DNA from: a virus
Lineage: Duplodnaviria; Heunggongvirae; Uroviricota; Caudoviricetes
DNA length: 44,413 nucleotides
IMG/VR virus record: IMGVR_UViG_2657245588_000005
Reading direction: 5' to 3' (one strand)
The notes beneath the pieces are model-generated. The model was given only the letters and a program-made list of their open reading frames with translations, ran no database searches and was not told the origin of the DNA. How positions within the stretch are numbered: position 1 is the first letter of the stretch; each line of letters begins with the position of its first letter. This document shows positions 8,886-17,185 of the stretch, piece after piece. A program made the position numbers and the translations under genes.

Positions 8886-9242
8886 ATGGAAATAAAACCA
8901 GAGGATGAGTTAAGCAATATCGTTTTATTTCCGGTAAAAGAGGATGACCCTCGTAATCAGGTTAATTTTCTTTATGAGCCATCGGAAAGACCATATTGTC
9001 ATCACGCCTCTGTCCGGGTTGACGAAAAAGAGCGTCAGGTCCGCTGTAAAATCTGCGGTGCAGTTGTGGAGCCATTTGACTGGATGCTCTCTGTGGCGAA
9101 AAGAGAAACCAGACTGGCAGATGATGTAAGGCTCTTGCGTCAGGAGGAGCGGGAAAGGCGAAAAAATATAGAAAAGCTAATTCAGATTGAGCGTAACGCG
9201 AAAGCGCGGATACGCAGGGCGACAAAATCCAGAACTGAATAA
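8886..9242 (+). CDS. Hypothetical phage protein with Cys/His motif and basic coiled-coil tail (118 aa)
   Basis: ATG 8886 with AAAGGAGAGGAG RBS; 'CHH...CKIC' motif. Confidence 0.5.
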   Translation: MEIKPEDELSNIVLFPVKEDDPRNQVNFLYEPSERPYCHHASVRVDEKERQVRCKICGAVVEPFDWMLSVAKRETRLADDVRLLRQEERERRKNIEKLIQIERNAKARIRRATKSRTE

Positions 9243-9335
9243 TTAAATTTAGCTCTGTTAAAAATTTAATCCTTAACCGGAGGGATTTCTGCACCCTCAG
9301 AACATCAGGAGGCCGCCCGAAAGGGCGGTAGTTAA

Positions 9336-9518
9336 ATGCGAAAGTTTAAAATAATTATTGAAACGGGAATAGCCGGTGGAGATTTCGAGGATGAATTCGA
9401 AGTGGATGATGATGCGACGCCTGATGAAATACATGACGAAGCAAAAGATATTTTCTTTAACTACTGCAATTACTCATATCACGAAATAAAAGACGAAGAG
9501 GAAGAACAAAATGGCTGA
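9336..9518 (+). CDS. Small acidic hypothetical protein (60 aa)
   Basis: ORF with Asp/Glu-rich composition; a stable hairpin (9311-9329) sits between an upstream AGGAGG and the start. Confidence 0.35.
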   Translation: MRKFKIIIETGIAGGDFEDEFEVDDDATPDEIHDEAKDIFFNYCNYSYHEIKDEEEEQNG

Positions 9519-9687
9519 TTTTGGTTCAACTAAATACAACGTCAGTTTTGAAGAATGGCATGAACTGTTAATGGACTATGCAGAGTTACGTGGTGGCAGT
9601 GCTGCTGATGCTGAAGCATGGCGTGATGATTATGAAGCAGGAAAAACTCCGGTCGAAGCATATTGTGATGAGTGGGGCGATGAATGA
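9511..9687 (+). CDS. Small hypothetical protein (58 aa, MADFGSTKYNVSFEEWHELL...)
   Basis: Not in the ORF track (under 60 aa); ATG 9511 with GAGGAAG RBS; stop overlaps the next start (ATGA). Confidence 0.4.
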   Translation: MADFGSTKYNVSFEEWHELLMDYAELRGGSAADAEAWRDDYEAGKTPVEAYCDEWGDE

Positions 9688-9941
9688 GCGAGGTTAATTA
9701 TCAGGAAGGGCATGAAACGGCGGGGCAAGCAAAAACAGTGGCATGGCGATATCGCTACGTGAAAAAAAAGGCGTTACGGACTTTCAGGAGAAGTAGTGGT
9801 CTGGTGACTGGAAATATGTACCGAAAAAAGAGGATTGTAACGACAGGCCGAACTATGAAATTCAGGCCTTATTCACTGCCCCGCCAGTCCCGGTTACATC
9901 AGAAGAACTGGTTAAAGCTGTGCACTTTTATGAACAACTAA
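9684..9941 (+). CDS. Hypothetical small protein; reading frame ambiguous (possible frameshifted or nonsense-interrupted gene)
   Basis: ATG 9684 is coupled to the upstream stop, but after the A8 run (9762-9769) this frame becomes Arg/Lys-rich junk-like, while the -1 frame (9797-10000) encodes a protein-like 67-aa segment behind an in-frame TAG at 9794. Confidence 0.3.
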   Translation: MSEVNYQEGHETAGQAKTVAWRYRYVKKKALRTFRRSSGLVTGNMYRKKRIVTTGRTMKFRPYSLPRQSRLHQKNWLKLCTFMNN

Positions 9942-10170
9942 AACGCGAAAATCCACCAGCATCCGGAAACCTGATTACAGATTCCCAGATAAGGCAATGA
10001 GCTACCTGGCGCAGAACGGGCTGATAAGTATGGGGAATGTTTTACGATGAATATTTAGACTAAAGAGTTTGTAACGCTATGTAAGTGATTTTTTCTGGTT
10101 TAGATATTTATATGTTCGGCCAAATTGAGGTGTGTTTAAATGTAATTGCACATTGATTGTAGGAGGAATA

Positions 10171-10350
10171 ATGAAAAACGCATTGCAGTTTTTGTTTGTT
10201 GCGTTCTGGTTGTTCGTATCATGTATGCCCATCATCTTCACAGCAAGGTATATGGAAAAAGTTGATGTTTTGATATTAATATTTGGATATATAAATGCCC
10301 TTTTTTTAGGGGTGTTCATGGCGGTCATGTGCATTGAATACTGGCGGTAA
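10171..10350 (+). CDS. Small hydrophobic membrane protein (59 aa, two predicted TM segments)
   Basis: ATG 10171 with perfect AGGAGG RBS; AT-rich promoter-like region upstream; sequence 'MKNALQFLFVAFWLFVSCMPIIFTARYMEKVDVLILIFGYINALFLGVFMAVMCIEYWR'. Confidence 0.5.
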   Translation: MKNALQFLFVAFWLFVSCMPIIFTARYMEKVDVLILIFGYINALFLGVFMAVMCIEYWR

Positions 10351-10609
10351 ATACAGCGAACGCCATTGGTTTAGTTGGATATTTACTGTGCCGGACAAAA
10401 ACGGTTTGCGGGGAAATCTTAGTTAAGTAGAATGACTGCGGGTGCTTGAGGCTATCTGTCTCAGGCATGAACACCAAAAGGCAGATAGAGAAAAGCCCCA
10501 GTTAACATTACGCGTCCTGCAAGACGCTTAACATTAATCTGAGGCTCAATCTATGAACGGCAAATCTAGGTTAGCCTCTTACGTGCCGAAAGGCAAGGAG
10601 AAGCAGGCT

Positions 10610-10765
10610 ATGAAGCAGCAAAAGGCGATGTTAATCGCCCTGATCGTCATCTGTTTAACCGTCATTGTGACGGCACTGGTAACGAGGAAAGACCTCTGCG
10701 AGGTACGAATCCGAACCGGCCAGACGGAGGTCGCTGTCTTCACAGCTTACGAACCTGAGGAGTAA
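10610..10765 (+). CDS. hokD: Hok/Gef-family type I membrane toxin (HokD/RelF-like)
   Basis: 51 aa 'MKQQKAMLIALIVICLTVIVTALVTRKDLCEVRIRTGQTEVAVFTAYEPEE'; AAGGAG RBS; in-frame upstream extension from 10553; intrinsic terminator downstream. Confidence 0.8.
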   Translation: MKQQKAMLIALIVICLTVIVTALVTRKDLCEVRIRTGQTEVAVFTAYEPEE

Positions 10766-10834
10766 GAGACCTGGCGGGGGAGAAATCCCTCGCCACCTCT
10801 GATGTGTCAGGCATCCTCAACGCACCCGCACGTA

Positions 10835-10860
10835 ACCCGCTTCGGCGGGTTTTGTTTTTT
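10835..10860 (+). terminator. Rho-independent terminator after hok
   Basis: ACCCGC-TTCG-GCGGGT hairpin followed by TTTTGTTTTTT. Confidence 0.7.
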
Positions 10861-10932
10861 CCTGGCATTCTGGTTTACAATTCGCACGCCAGCCTGAACA
10901 ACTGGCACCTGCTGCGCCAGCAGAGACAACCG

Positions 10933-11139
10933 ATGGCGCACGATACCAAATTACACAATTCTAATGATTCTGCCGTCTTTGCCAGTAGGTGCGGACGGCG
11001 TTTTCACGCATTCAAATCAGACTGGTTCCAGCATCCTCCATGCACTGAAGAGCAGGCGGAATGGATAATTCAGTGTTACCGCAGGCGCGGATACGAGGTT
11101 AAGAAAGCTCTTAGCCTCGACTACCGTCACTGGATAATC
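10933..11139 (+). pseudogene. nin-region small gene interrupted by the IS66-family insertion (5' portion)
   Basis: ORF from ATG 10933 runs into the IS left end at 11140; after the IS is removed the frame continues 23 codons to a TAA at 13672-13674, which overlaps the RBS of the next gene. Confidence 0.5.
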
Positions 11140-11220
11140 GTAAGCGTCGTCTCAGCACCGTCTGGCAGATCCTGAAATTCCTGAGAGAATAGTGGACACC
11201 AAATATGGTGGACGCTATCC

Positions 11221-11625
11221 ATGAAATCATTAACCGCAGTGCGTAAAAAAAGCCCTAATTATCCCGTTGAGTTCAAAATCAAAATGGTTGAACTCTCGCA
11301 TCGACCAGAGATCTCCGTAGCGCAACTCGCTCGTGAGCATGGGATCAACGATAATTTGCTGTTCAAGTGGCGCCAGTACTGGCGCGAAGGAAAACTACGT
11401 CCTCCTTCAACAACAGAAAACAACGTGCCTGAGCTGCTCCCGATAACACTTGATGCCGAAGATGTTGTCCCTACAACCTCCCCCCGGTCACAACCTGTAG
11501 CTGCTGCGACACCTGAATCACTCAATATCAGCTGTGAAGTGACGTTCCGGCACGGATCACTCCGTCTGAATGGTGCCATCAGCGAAAATATCCTGAACCT
11601 GCTGATACGGGAGCTCAAACGTTGA
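11221..11625 (+). CDS. IS66-family accessory protein TnpA (orf1)
   Basis: 134 aa with N-terminal HTH-like region; first ORF of the IS66 arrangement. Confidence 0.8.
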   Translation: MKSLTAVRKKSPNYPVEFKIKMVELSHRPEISVAQLAREHGINDNLLFKWRQYWREGKLRPPSTTENNVPELLPITLDAEDVVPTTSPRSQPVAAATPESLNISCEVTFRHGSLRLNGAISENILNLLIRELKR

Positions 11626-11969
11626 TCCCATTACCATCAGGGACAAAGATCTGGCTGGTCGCTGGCATCACCGATATGAGAAACGGCTTCAACGGCCTGG
11701 CGGCAAAGGTGCAGACGACGCTGAAAGACGATCCGATGTCAGGTCACGTTTTTATCTTCCGTGGGCGTAATGGCAGTCAGGTAAAGCTCCTCTGGTCTAC
11801 CGGCGATGGACTGTGTCTGCTGACCAAACGGCTGGAGCGCGGCCGCTTCGCCTGGCCGTCAGCCCGGGATGGCAAAGTGTTCCTCACACCGGCACAGCTG
11901 GCGATGCTGCTGGAAGGTATCGACTGGCGGCAGCCTAAAAGACTGCTTACGTCCCTGACTATGTTGTAA
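11622..11969 (+). CDS. IS66-family TnpB (orf2)
   Basis: 115 aa; overlaps orf1 stop; conserved IS66 orf2 size and position. Confidence 0.8.
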   Translation: MIPLPSGTKIWLVAGITDMRNGFNGLAAKVQTTLKDDPMSGHVFIFRGRNGSQVKLLWSTGDGLCLLTKRLERGRFAWPSARDGKVFLTPAQLAMLLEGIDWRQPKRLLTSLTML

Positions 11970-12017
11970 GCCTCTTTATCCTAGTCGACGCTGAATGAGC
12001 CTGGTAATATACCCGGT

Positions 12018-13553
12018 ATGAGCAGCTCACTTCCTGACGATATCAATGCACTGAAACGTCTCCTTGCCGAACAGGAGGCGCTGAACCGTGCCCTGCAGGA
12101 AAAGCTGAACGAGCGTGAACGCGAAATAGACCATCTGCAGGCACAGCTGGATAAGCTGCGCCGGATGAACTTCGGCAGCCGCTCGGAAAAAGTCTCCCGT
12201 CGTATCGCACAGATGGAAGCTGACCTGAAGGCACTTCAGAAAGAAAGTGATACCCTTACCGGTCGGGTTGACGACCCGGCCGTGCAGCGCCCGCTGCGTC
12301 AAACCCGCACCCGCAAACCGTTCCCCGAATCACTCCCCCGCGATGAAAAACGGCTGCTGCCGGCAGCGTCATGCTGCCCGGAATGTGGAGGCTCGCTGAG
12401 CTATCTGGGTGAGGATGCCGCTGAACAGCTGGAGCTGATGCGCAGCGCCTTCCGGGTTATCCGGACTGTACGTGAAAAGCATGCCTGTACTCAGTGCGAT
12501 GCCATCGTGCAGGCCCCCGCGCCTTCACGGCCCATCGAGCGGGGTATCGCAGGACCGGGGCTGCTGGCCCGCGTGCTGATCTCAAAGTATGCAGAGCACA
12601 CCCCGCTGTACCGCCAGTCTGAAATGTACGGCCGCCAGGGCGTGGAGCTGAGTCGTTCACTGCTGTCGGGCTGGGTGGATGCATGCTGCCGGCTACTGTC
12701 ACCGCTGGAAGAAGCGCTTCAGGACTATGTGCTGACTGACGGTAAGCTCCATGCTGATGACACGCCTGTCCCGGTGCTGTTGCCAGGCAATAAGAAAACG
12801 AAGACCGGGCGGTTATGGACCTACGTTCGTGACGACCGTAACGCCGGGTCAACGCTGGCGCCGGCGGTGTGGTTCGCTTACAGCCCGGACAGAAAAGGCA
12901 TCCATCCGCAGACCCATCTTGCGGGGTTCAGTGGTGTACTGCAGGCGGATGCATACGCCGGGTTCAACGAGCTGTACCGGGATGGCCGGATAACGGAAGC
13001 CGCCTGTTGGGCTCACGCCCGCCGTAAAATCCACGATGTGCACGTTCGCACCCCGTCAGCCCTGACGGAGGAAGCGCTGAAACGGATCGGCGAACTGTAC
13101 GCCATCGAGGCAGAGATAAGGGGAATGACGGCGGAGCAGCGCCTTGCCGAACGTCAGTTGAAAACGAAACCGCTGCTGAAATCCCTGGAAAGCTGGCTGC
13201 GTGAAAAGATGAAAACCCTGTCGCGACACTCAGAACTGGCGAAAGCGTTCGCATACGCCCTGAACCAGTGGCCGGCGCTGACGTACTATGCAGATGATGG
13301 CTGGGCTGAGGCGGACAATAACATCGCTGAAAATGCGTTGCGGATGGTCAGTCTGGGCCGCAAAAACTACCTGTTCTTCGGTTCGGATCATGGAGGAGAG
13401 CGGGGAGCGCTGCTGTACAGCCTGATCGGGACGTGCAAACTGAACGGAGTGGAGCCAGAAAGCTACCTCCGCTATGTCCTTGACGTCATAGCCGACTGGC
13501 CGATAAACCGGGTCGGCGAACTGCTCCCCCTGGCGCGTAGCACTGCCGACTGA
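12018..13553 (+). CDS. IS66-family transposase (TnpC, DDE)
   Basis: 511 aa with N-terminal coiled coil, CxxC zinc-finger region and DDE core, typical of IS66 TnpC. Confidence 0.88.
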   Translation: MSSSLPDDINALKRLLAEQEALNRALQEKLNEREREIDHLQAQLDKLRRMNFGSRSEKVSRRIAQMEADLKALQKESDTLTGRVDDPAVQRPLRQTRTRKPFPESLPRDEKRLLPAASCCPECGGSLSYLGEDAAEQLELMRSAFRVIRTVREKHACTQCDAIVQAPAPSRPIERGIAGPGLLARVLISKYAEHTPLYRQSEMYGRQGVELSRSLLSGWVDACCRLLSPLEEALQDYVLTDGKLHADDTPVPVLLPGNKKTKTGRLWTYVRDDRNAGSTLAPAVWFAYSPDRKGIHPQTHLAGFSGVLQADAYAGFNELYRDGRITEAACWAHARRKIHDVHVRTPSALTEEALKRIGELYAIEAEIRGMTAEQRLAERQLKTKPLLKSLESWLREKMKTLSRHSELAKAFAYALNQWPALTYYADDGWAEADNNIAENALRMVSLGRKNYLFFGSDHGGERGALLYSLIGTCKLNGVEPESYLRYVLDVIADWPINRVGELLPLARSTAD

Positions 13554-13675
13554 ATAACACATCCCCGTCAATACGGTTCTTGCTGCACGCTTACGGATAA
13601 TCTCAGTCAGACTCCCTTACTCCGAACGCCCACCGCGTTCATCCCGCACATACCAGCAACGGATCTGGAGGTAAC

Positions 13676-14734
13676 GTGCGGATATTACTTCGACCTGTTC
13701 TGGTACCGGAACTCGGGCTGGTGGTCCTTAGGCCGGGCCGTGAATCCATGCAAGTATTTCATAACCCTCGAGTGCTGGTGGAGCCTGAACCGAAAAGCAT
13801 GCGCGGTCTGCCGTCCGGAGTCGTCCCTGCCGTTCGCCAGCCGCTGGCGGAGGATAAATCATTACTGCCATTTTTCAGCGATGATCGGGTGATTCGTGCT
13901 GCTGGCGGCGCTGGGGCACTGTCTGACTGGCTGTTGCGTCATGTCAAATCCTGCCAGTGGCCTCATGGTGACTATCATCACAGTGAAACCGTCATTCACC
14001 GTTACGGTACCGGCGCGATGGTGTTGTGCTGGCACTGTGACAACCAGTTGCGGGACCAGACATCAGAATCACTCGGGCAACTTGCTCATCAAAACTTGTC
14101 AGCATGGATGATTGACGTCATCCGTCACGCAATCAGCGGTACGCAGGAGAGGGAGTTATCGCTGGCCGAATTATCCTGGTGGGCGGTCTGCAATCAGGTG
14201 GCTGATGCGCTTCCGGAGTCTGTATTGTGTCGTTCACTGGGATTACCGGTGGAAAAAATCCGCTCCGTATACCGTGAGAGTGACATCGTACCGGGAGAAC
14301 AGACTGCCACCAGCATACTGAAGCAGCGCACAAAAAATATTGCGCTGCCACTTCACGTCCACCAGCAACAGCCCCCACTCCAGGAAAAGACGTTAGTAAG
14401 CATCGCCGTTGATCCGGAGTCTCCGGTTCAGTATCTCCAGCGCCAGAAACCACAACGGGAAGAGATGCCTGTATACACGCGCTGGGTAAAAACGCAGAAA
14501 TGCATGACGTGCGGTAATCAGGCAGATGATCCGCATCACATCATTGGTCATGGCCTGGGAGGTATGGGAACAAAGGCTGATGATTTGTTTGTTATTCCGC
14601 TGTGCCGTAAATGTCATAACGAACTGCACGCCGGGGTAAAAGATTTTGAAGAAAAACACGGCAGCCAGCTGTTGTTGCTGATTCGTTTTTTAATGCACGC
14701 GAGAAATTCGGGTGTCCTGAAGTGGAAAGCATGA
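13676..14734 (+). CDS. DUF968-family phage protein (YdfU-like) with C-terminal Cys/His HNH-like motif
   Basis: 352 aa; GTG start with GGAGG RBS; C-terminal 'CMTCGNQADDPHHIIGHG...CRKCHNELH'; immediately upstream of rusA as in Qin/DLP12-type nin regions. Confidence 0.6.
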   Translation: MRILLRPVLVPELGLVVLRPGRESMQVFHNPRVLVEPEPKSMRGLPSGVVPAVRQPLAEDKSLLPFFSDDRVIRAAGGAGALSDWLLRHVKSCQWPHGDYHHSETVIHRYGTGAMVLCWHCDNQLRDQTSESLGQLAHQNLSAWMIDVIRHAISGTQERELSLAELSWWAVCNQVADALPESVLCRSLGLPVEKIRSVYRESDIVPGEQTATSILKQRTKNIALPLHVHQQQPPLQEKTLVSIAVDPESPVQYLQRQKPQREEMPVYTRWVKTQKCMTCGNQADDPHHIIGHGLGGMGTKADDLFVIPLCRKCHNELHAGVKDFEEKHGSQLLLLIRFLMHARNSGVLKWKA

Positions 14735-15115
14735 ATGACTGAACGCATAGAATTTGTTTTGCCTTACCCGCCGACGGTGAATACCTACTGGCGACGTCAT
14801 GGCAATACGTATTTCATCTCGGAGGCCGGAAAGCGTTATCGCCGTGATGTGGCGCTAATTGTTCGCCAGCAGCGGCTGAAATTAAACCTGTCCGGAAGGC
14901 TGGCGATAAAGGTGATTGCAGAGCCACCGGATAAGCGTCGTCGCGACCTGGACAATATCCTGAAAGCACCGCTGGATGCGCTGACGCATGCGGGAGTGTT
15001 AATGGACGATGAGCAGTTTGATGAAATCAATATCGTTCGTGGTCAGCCAGTATCTGGTGGACGTCTGGGGGTGAAGATTTACCCCATAATGCATGAAGAG
15101 CAGGTCAAAAAATGA
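14735..15115 (+). CDS. rusA: Holliday junction resolvase RusA
   Basis: 126 aa with the RusA 'RRRDLDN' signature; start coupled to the upstream stop and stop overlapping the Q start. Confidence 0.85.
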   Translation: MTERIEFVLPYPPTVNTYWRRHGNTYFISEAGKRYRRDVALIVRQQRLKLNLSGRLAIKVIAEPPDKRRRDLDNILKAPLDALTHAGVLMDDEQFDEINIVRGQPVSGGRLGVKIYPIMHEEQVKK

Positions 15116-15933
15116 AACTGGAAGATTTACCGAAATACTACTCCCCAAAATCCCCTGGCCTGACCGATGCATCGGCCTCAACGTCAAAAGATGCGCTGAG
15201 TATCACTGATGTGATGGCCGCGCAGGGCATGACACAGAATCGGGCTGAGATGGGGTTTTCTGCGTTCCTGGGGAAAATGGGCATCAGTATGAATGACAGG
15301 GCGCGGGCAACAGAATTACTGGCAGATTATGCACTCAGTCGGTGCGATCGTGTTGCGGCGTTGAGAAAACTTCCGGCAGAAATAAAACCGTTAGTGATGC
15401 GCATTATGGCTTCGTACGCTTTTGAGGATTATGCCCGCAGCGCAGCGAGTAAAAAGCAGTGCCCTTGTTGCTATGGGGAAAAATTTATTGAAAGCGTAGT
15501 TTTTACAAACAAGGTCCAGTATCCGGATGGTAAGCCGCCGGTATGGGCAAAGTGTACGAAAGGTGTGTATTCGTCTTACTGGGAAGAATGGAAAAAAGTC
15601 AGGGAGGTGGTAAAAGTTGCCTGTCCGGAGTGTGGCGGAAAGGGTGAGGTTTCCACCGCCTGTAAGGATTGCCGTGGGCGTGGTGTCGCCATTCATCGTG
15701 AAGAGTCGGTAAAACGTGGTATGCCTGTTATCAGAGACTGCCAGCGTTGTGGTGGTCGTGGCTATGAAAGACTACCATCAACGGAGACATTTAATGCTAT
15801 ATGCGAGGTGACAAACCAGATAACACGCGCGTCATGGGAAAAAACAGTTAAGAAATTCTATGATGCGCTGGTGACCCGGTTTGATATTGAAGAAGCATGG
15901 GCTGAGCGGCAGTTAAAAAAGGTAACTAGGTAA
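15112..15933 (+). CDS. Late-gene antitermination protein Q (phage 21/82-type, zinc-finger)
   Basis: 273 aa with several CxxC pairs; immediately followed by a PR'-like promoter, a terminator and a tRNA. Confidence 0.8.
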   Translation: MKLEDLPKYYSPKSPGLTDASASTSKDALSITDVMAAQGMTQNRAEMGFSAFLGKMGISMNDRARATELLADYALSRCDRVAALRKLPAEIKPLVMRIMASYAFEDYARSAASKKQCPCCYGEKFIESVVFTNKVQYPDGKPPVWAKCTKGVYSSYWEEWKKVREVVKVACPECGGKGEVSTACKDCRGRGVAIHREESVKRGMPVIRDCQRCGGRGYERLPSTETFNAICEVTNQITRASWEKTVKKFYDALVTRFDIEEAWAERQLKKVTR

Positions 15934-15938
15934 CAAGG

Positions 15939-15966
15939 TTGATTTTTCCGGAATCTGTGGTAAATT
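15939..15966 (+). promoter_or_regulatory. Candidate late promoter PR' (-35 TTGATT, 16-bp spacer, -10 TAAATT)
   Basis: Hexamers at 15939-15944 and 15961-15966 directly after the Q stop; the -10 is identical to the recalled lambda PR' -10 (TAAATT). Confidence 0.45.
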
Positions 15967-16013
15967 CGTCATAATAATGGGCTTTTTATGCCTGACGTTA
16001 GAAGAGTTTCTAC

Positions 16014-16038
16014 AACCCGCCGCCGAGCGGGTTTTTTA
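16014..16038 (+). terminator. Intrinsic terminator downstream of the PR' candidate (tR'-like)
   Basis: CCCGC-CGCCGA-GCGGG hairpin followed by TTTTTT. Confidence 0.6.
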
Positions 16039-16076
16039 TTGCGGAATTAATTACGGACCGTTATTATTCTACTCCC

Positions 16077-16152
16077 GGCCCTTTAGCTCAGTGGTGAGAG
16101 CGAGCGACTCATAATCGCCAGGTCGCTGGTTCAAATCCAGCAAGGGCCACCA
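16077..16152 (+). tRNA. tRNA with CAT anticodon (Met or lysidine-modified Ile2; phage ileZ-like), with encoded CCA
   Basis: 76 nt folds by hand into a cloverleaf: 7-bp acceptor stem GGCCCTT/AAGGGCC, D-stem GCTC/GAGC, anticodon loop CTCATAA, T-arm GCTGG-TTCAAAT-CCAGC, 3' ACCA. Confidence 0.85.
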
Positions 16153-16252
16153 TCACAAACCGCCATTAGCTTATCAGGAAGAGCAGACGACACGATAACA
16201 GGGTTGTTGGTGCGGGGGCGGGTCCCCGATGGCGGTCCATTATCGGTATTCA

Positions 16253-16300
16253 GCGTTGTTAGCTCAGCCGGGCAGAGCAATTGCCTTCTAAGCAGCTGTG
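16253..16300 (+). pseudogene. tRNA-Arg(UCU)-like remnant (5' half only; T-arm and 3' acceptor strand degenerate)
   Basis: GCGTTGT-TA-GCTC...GAGC D-arm and anticodon arm with loop CTTCTAA resemble phage argN/argO tRNAs, but no complementary 3' acceptor strand or T-stem follows. Confidence 0.3.
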
Positions 16301-16494
16301 GTTGCACTCCTGTTGTTTCTGGTGGTGATGGTGGACTTCAGCAGCCGGATAATGTCGGTGCTGTCTGATGGTGTTTTGGTGGCGGGTGTGTGGTTGTTGC
16401 TTTCCCGTTGCTGAAAAAGAAAGCATCAGGCGATTAGCAGGGTATCAGTTACCCGTTGAAATTTTTAAATACCTCACAATTCCACAGCTTGATG

Positions 16495-16694
16495 ATTGTC
16501 TGGCTGCCGGAGAATTTGTTAAAAATTACATCGCATGGTGAATCCCCCTCAGCGGCGGGGCATCTGGCAAAGTGTATGATCCAGAGAACATGCAAATTCA
16601 GTAGACAGGCTGAATTTACCGGGAGGCCCCTGGCACCATGCGACAGACAGAAATTAGGCTATACTTCAGCCCCTCTCCGGAGGGGCTTTTCTGT
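16495..16694 (+). repeat. Structured element copy 1 (shared 5' and 3' arms, ends in an intrinsic terminator); candidate sRNA or late-leader module
   Basis: Shares with copy 2 the 5' block 'attgtctggc.gccgg...tttgttaaaaa..tcgcatggtgaatccccc' and the 3' block 'gaattcaccgggaggc.cc.ggcaccatgc...cagcccctctccggaggggct' followed by T-run; 5' GGTGAAT is complementary to 3' ATTCACC. Confidence 0.6.
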
Positions 16695-16961
16695 GCAGGA
16701 TGTGTCACAGTTTCCTGAATTCTGAGTACTGTCCTGTTACTCAGGGTGCTATATTTTCTGACGTGATGAAAGTCTGCCGGAAGGCGGAACGTATCGGAAA
16801 TGACCCAGTAGAGAAAACGTTGACTCAGATACCGATGCTGAGTTACCGGGAAACCGGCATCACATGACCGCTATCCTTCCAGGCTCGCTCCGGCGGGCCT
16901 TTTTACTGCAGAAAACAGTTTTCCCGTAAAATGCCACGTTGCTCATAATTCAGGCTGGCGA

Positions 16962-17160
16962 TTATTGTCTGGCCGGCGGGAAGTTTGTTAAAAAATTTCG
17001 CATGGTGAATCCCCCTGTGCGGAGGGGTAATCAGCGAGTAGGTATATGGGATAATCGCGGATTCAGGTGCTGGTACTGAATTCACCGGGAGGCACCCGGC
17101 ACCATGCAATGGCACATAGCGCCACTCTCCAGCCCCTCTCCGGAGGGGCTGTTTATATTG
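16962..17160 (+). repeat. Structured element copy 2 (diverged middle, same ends and terminator)
   Basis: Same conserved 5' and 3' blocks and the same terminator hairpin CCCCTCTCCGGAGGGG as copy 1. Confidence 0.6.
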
Positions 17161-17185
17161 ATTTTGTCAGATGTGAGTAAACTCC

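Larger units (their letters stand above)
11140..13594 (+). mobile_element. IS66-family insertion sequence (ISEc8-like, three ORFs) with 8-bp target-site duplication
   Basis: Left end GTAAGCGTCGTC... at 11140; right end ...GCACGCTTAC at 13594 (imperfect inverted repeats); flanked by direct repeats GGATAATC at 11132-11139 and 13595-13602; three ORFs in IS66 order. Confidence 0.85.

Noticed and set aside
10804-10932. N-terminal extension of the IS-interrupted gene from the track start at 10804
   Set aside because: The extension reads through the strong hok terminator hairpin (10835-10860), so the start was moved to the first ATG after the terminator (10933).
12027-13571. Minus-strand ORFs of 63-131 aa inside the IS66 transposase gene
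   Set aside because: Lie antisense within the tnpC coding region; Arg/Pro/Gly-rich compositions typical of GC-rich antisense frames.
13896-14659. Small ORFs on both strands inside the DUF968 gene
   Set aside because: Nested within a longer, RBS-supported CDS with a conserved Cys/His motif; treated as frame shadows.
16456-16725. 89-aa plus-strand ORF spanning structured element copy 1
   Set aside because: It reads straight through conserved RNA-like arms and the intrinsic terminator hairpin, so the region is more plausibly non-coding.
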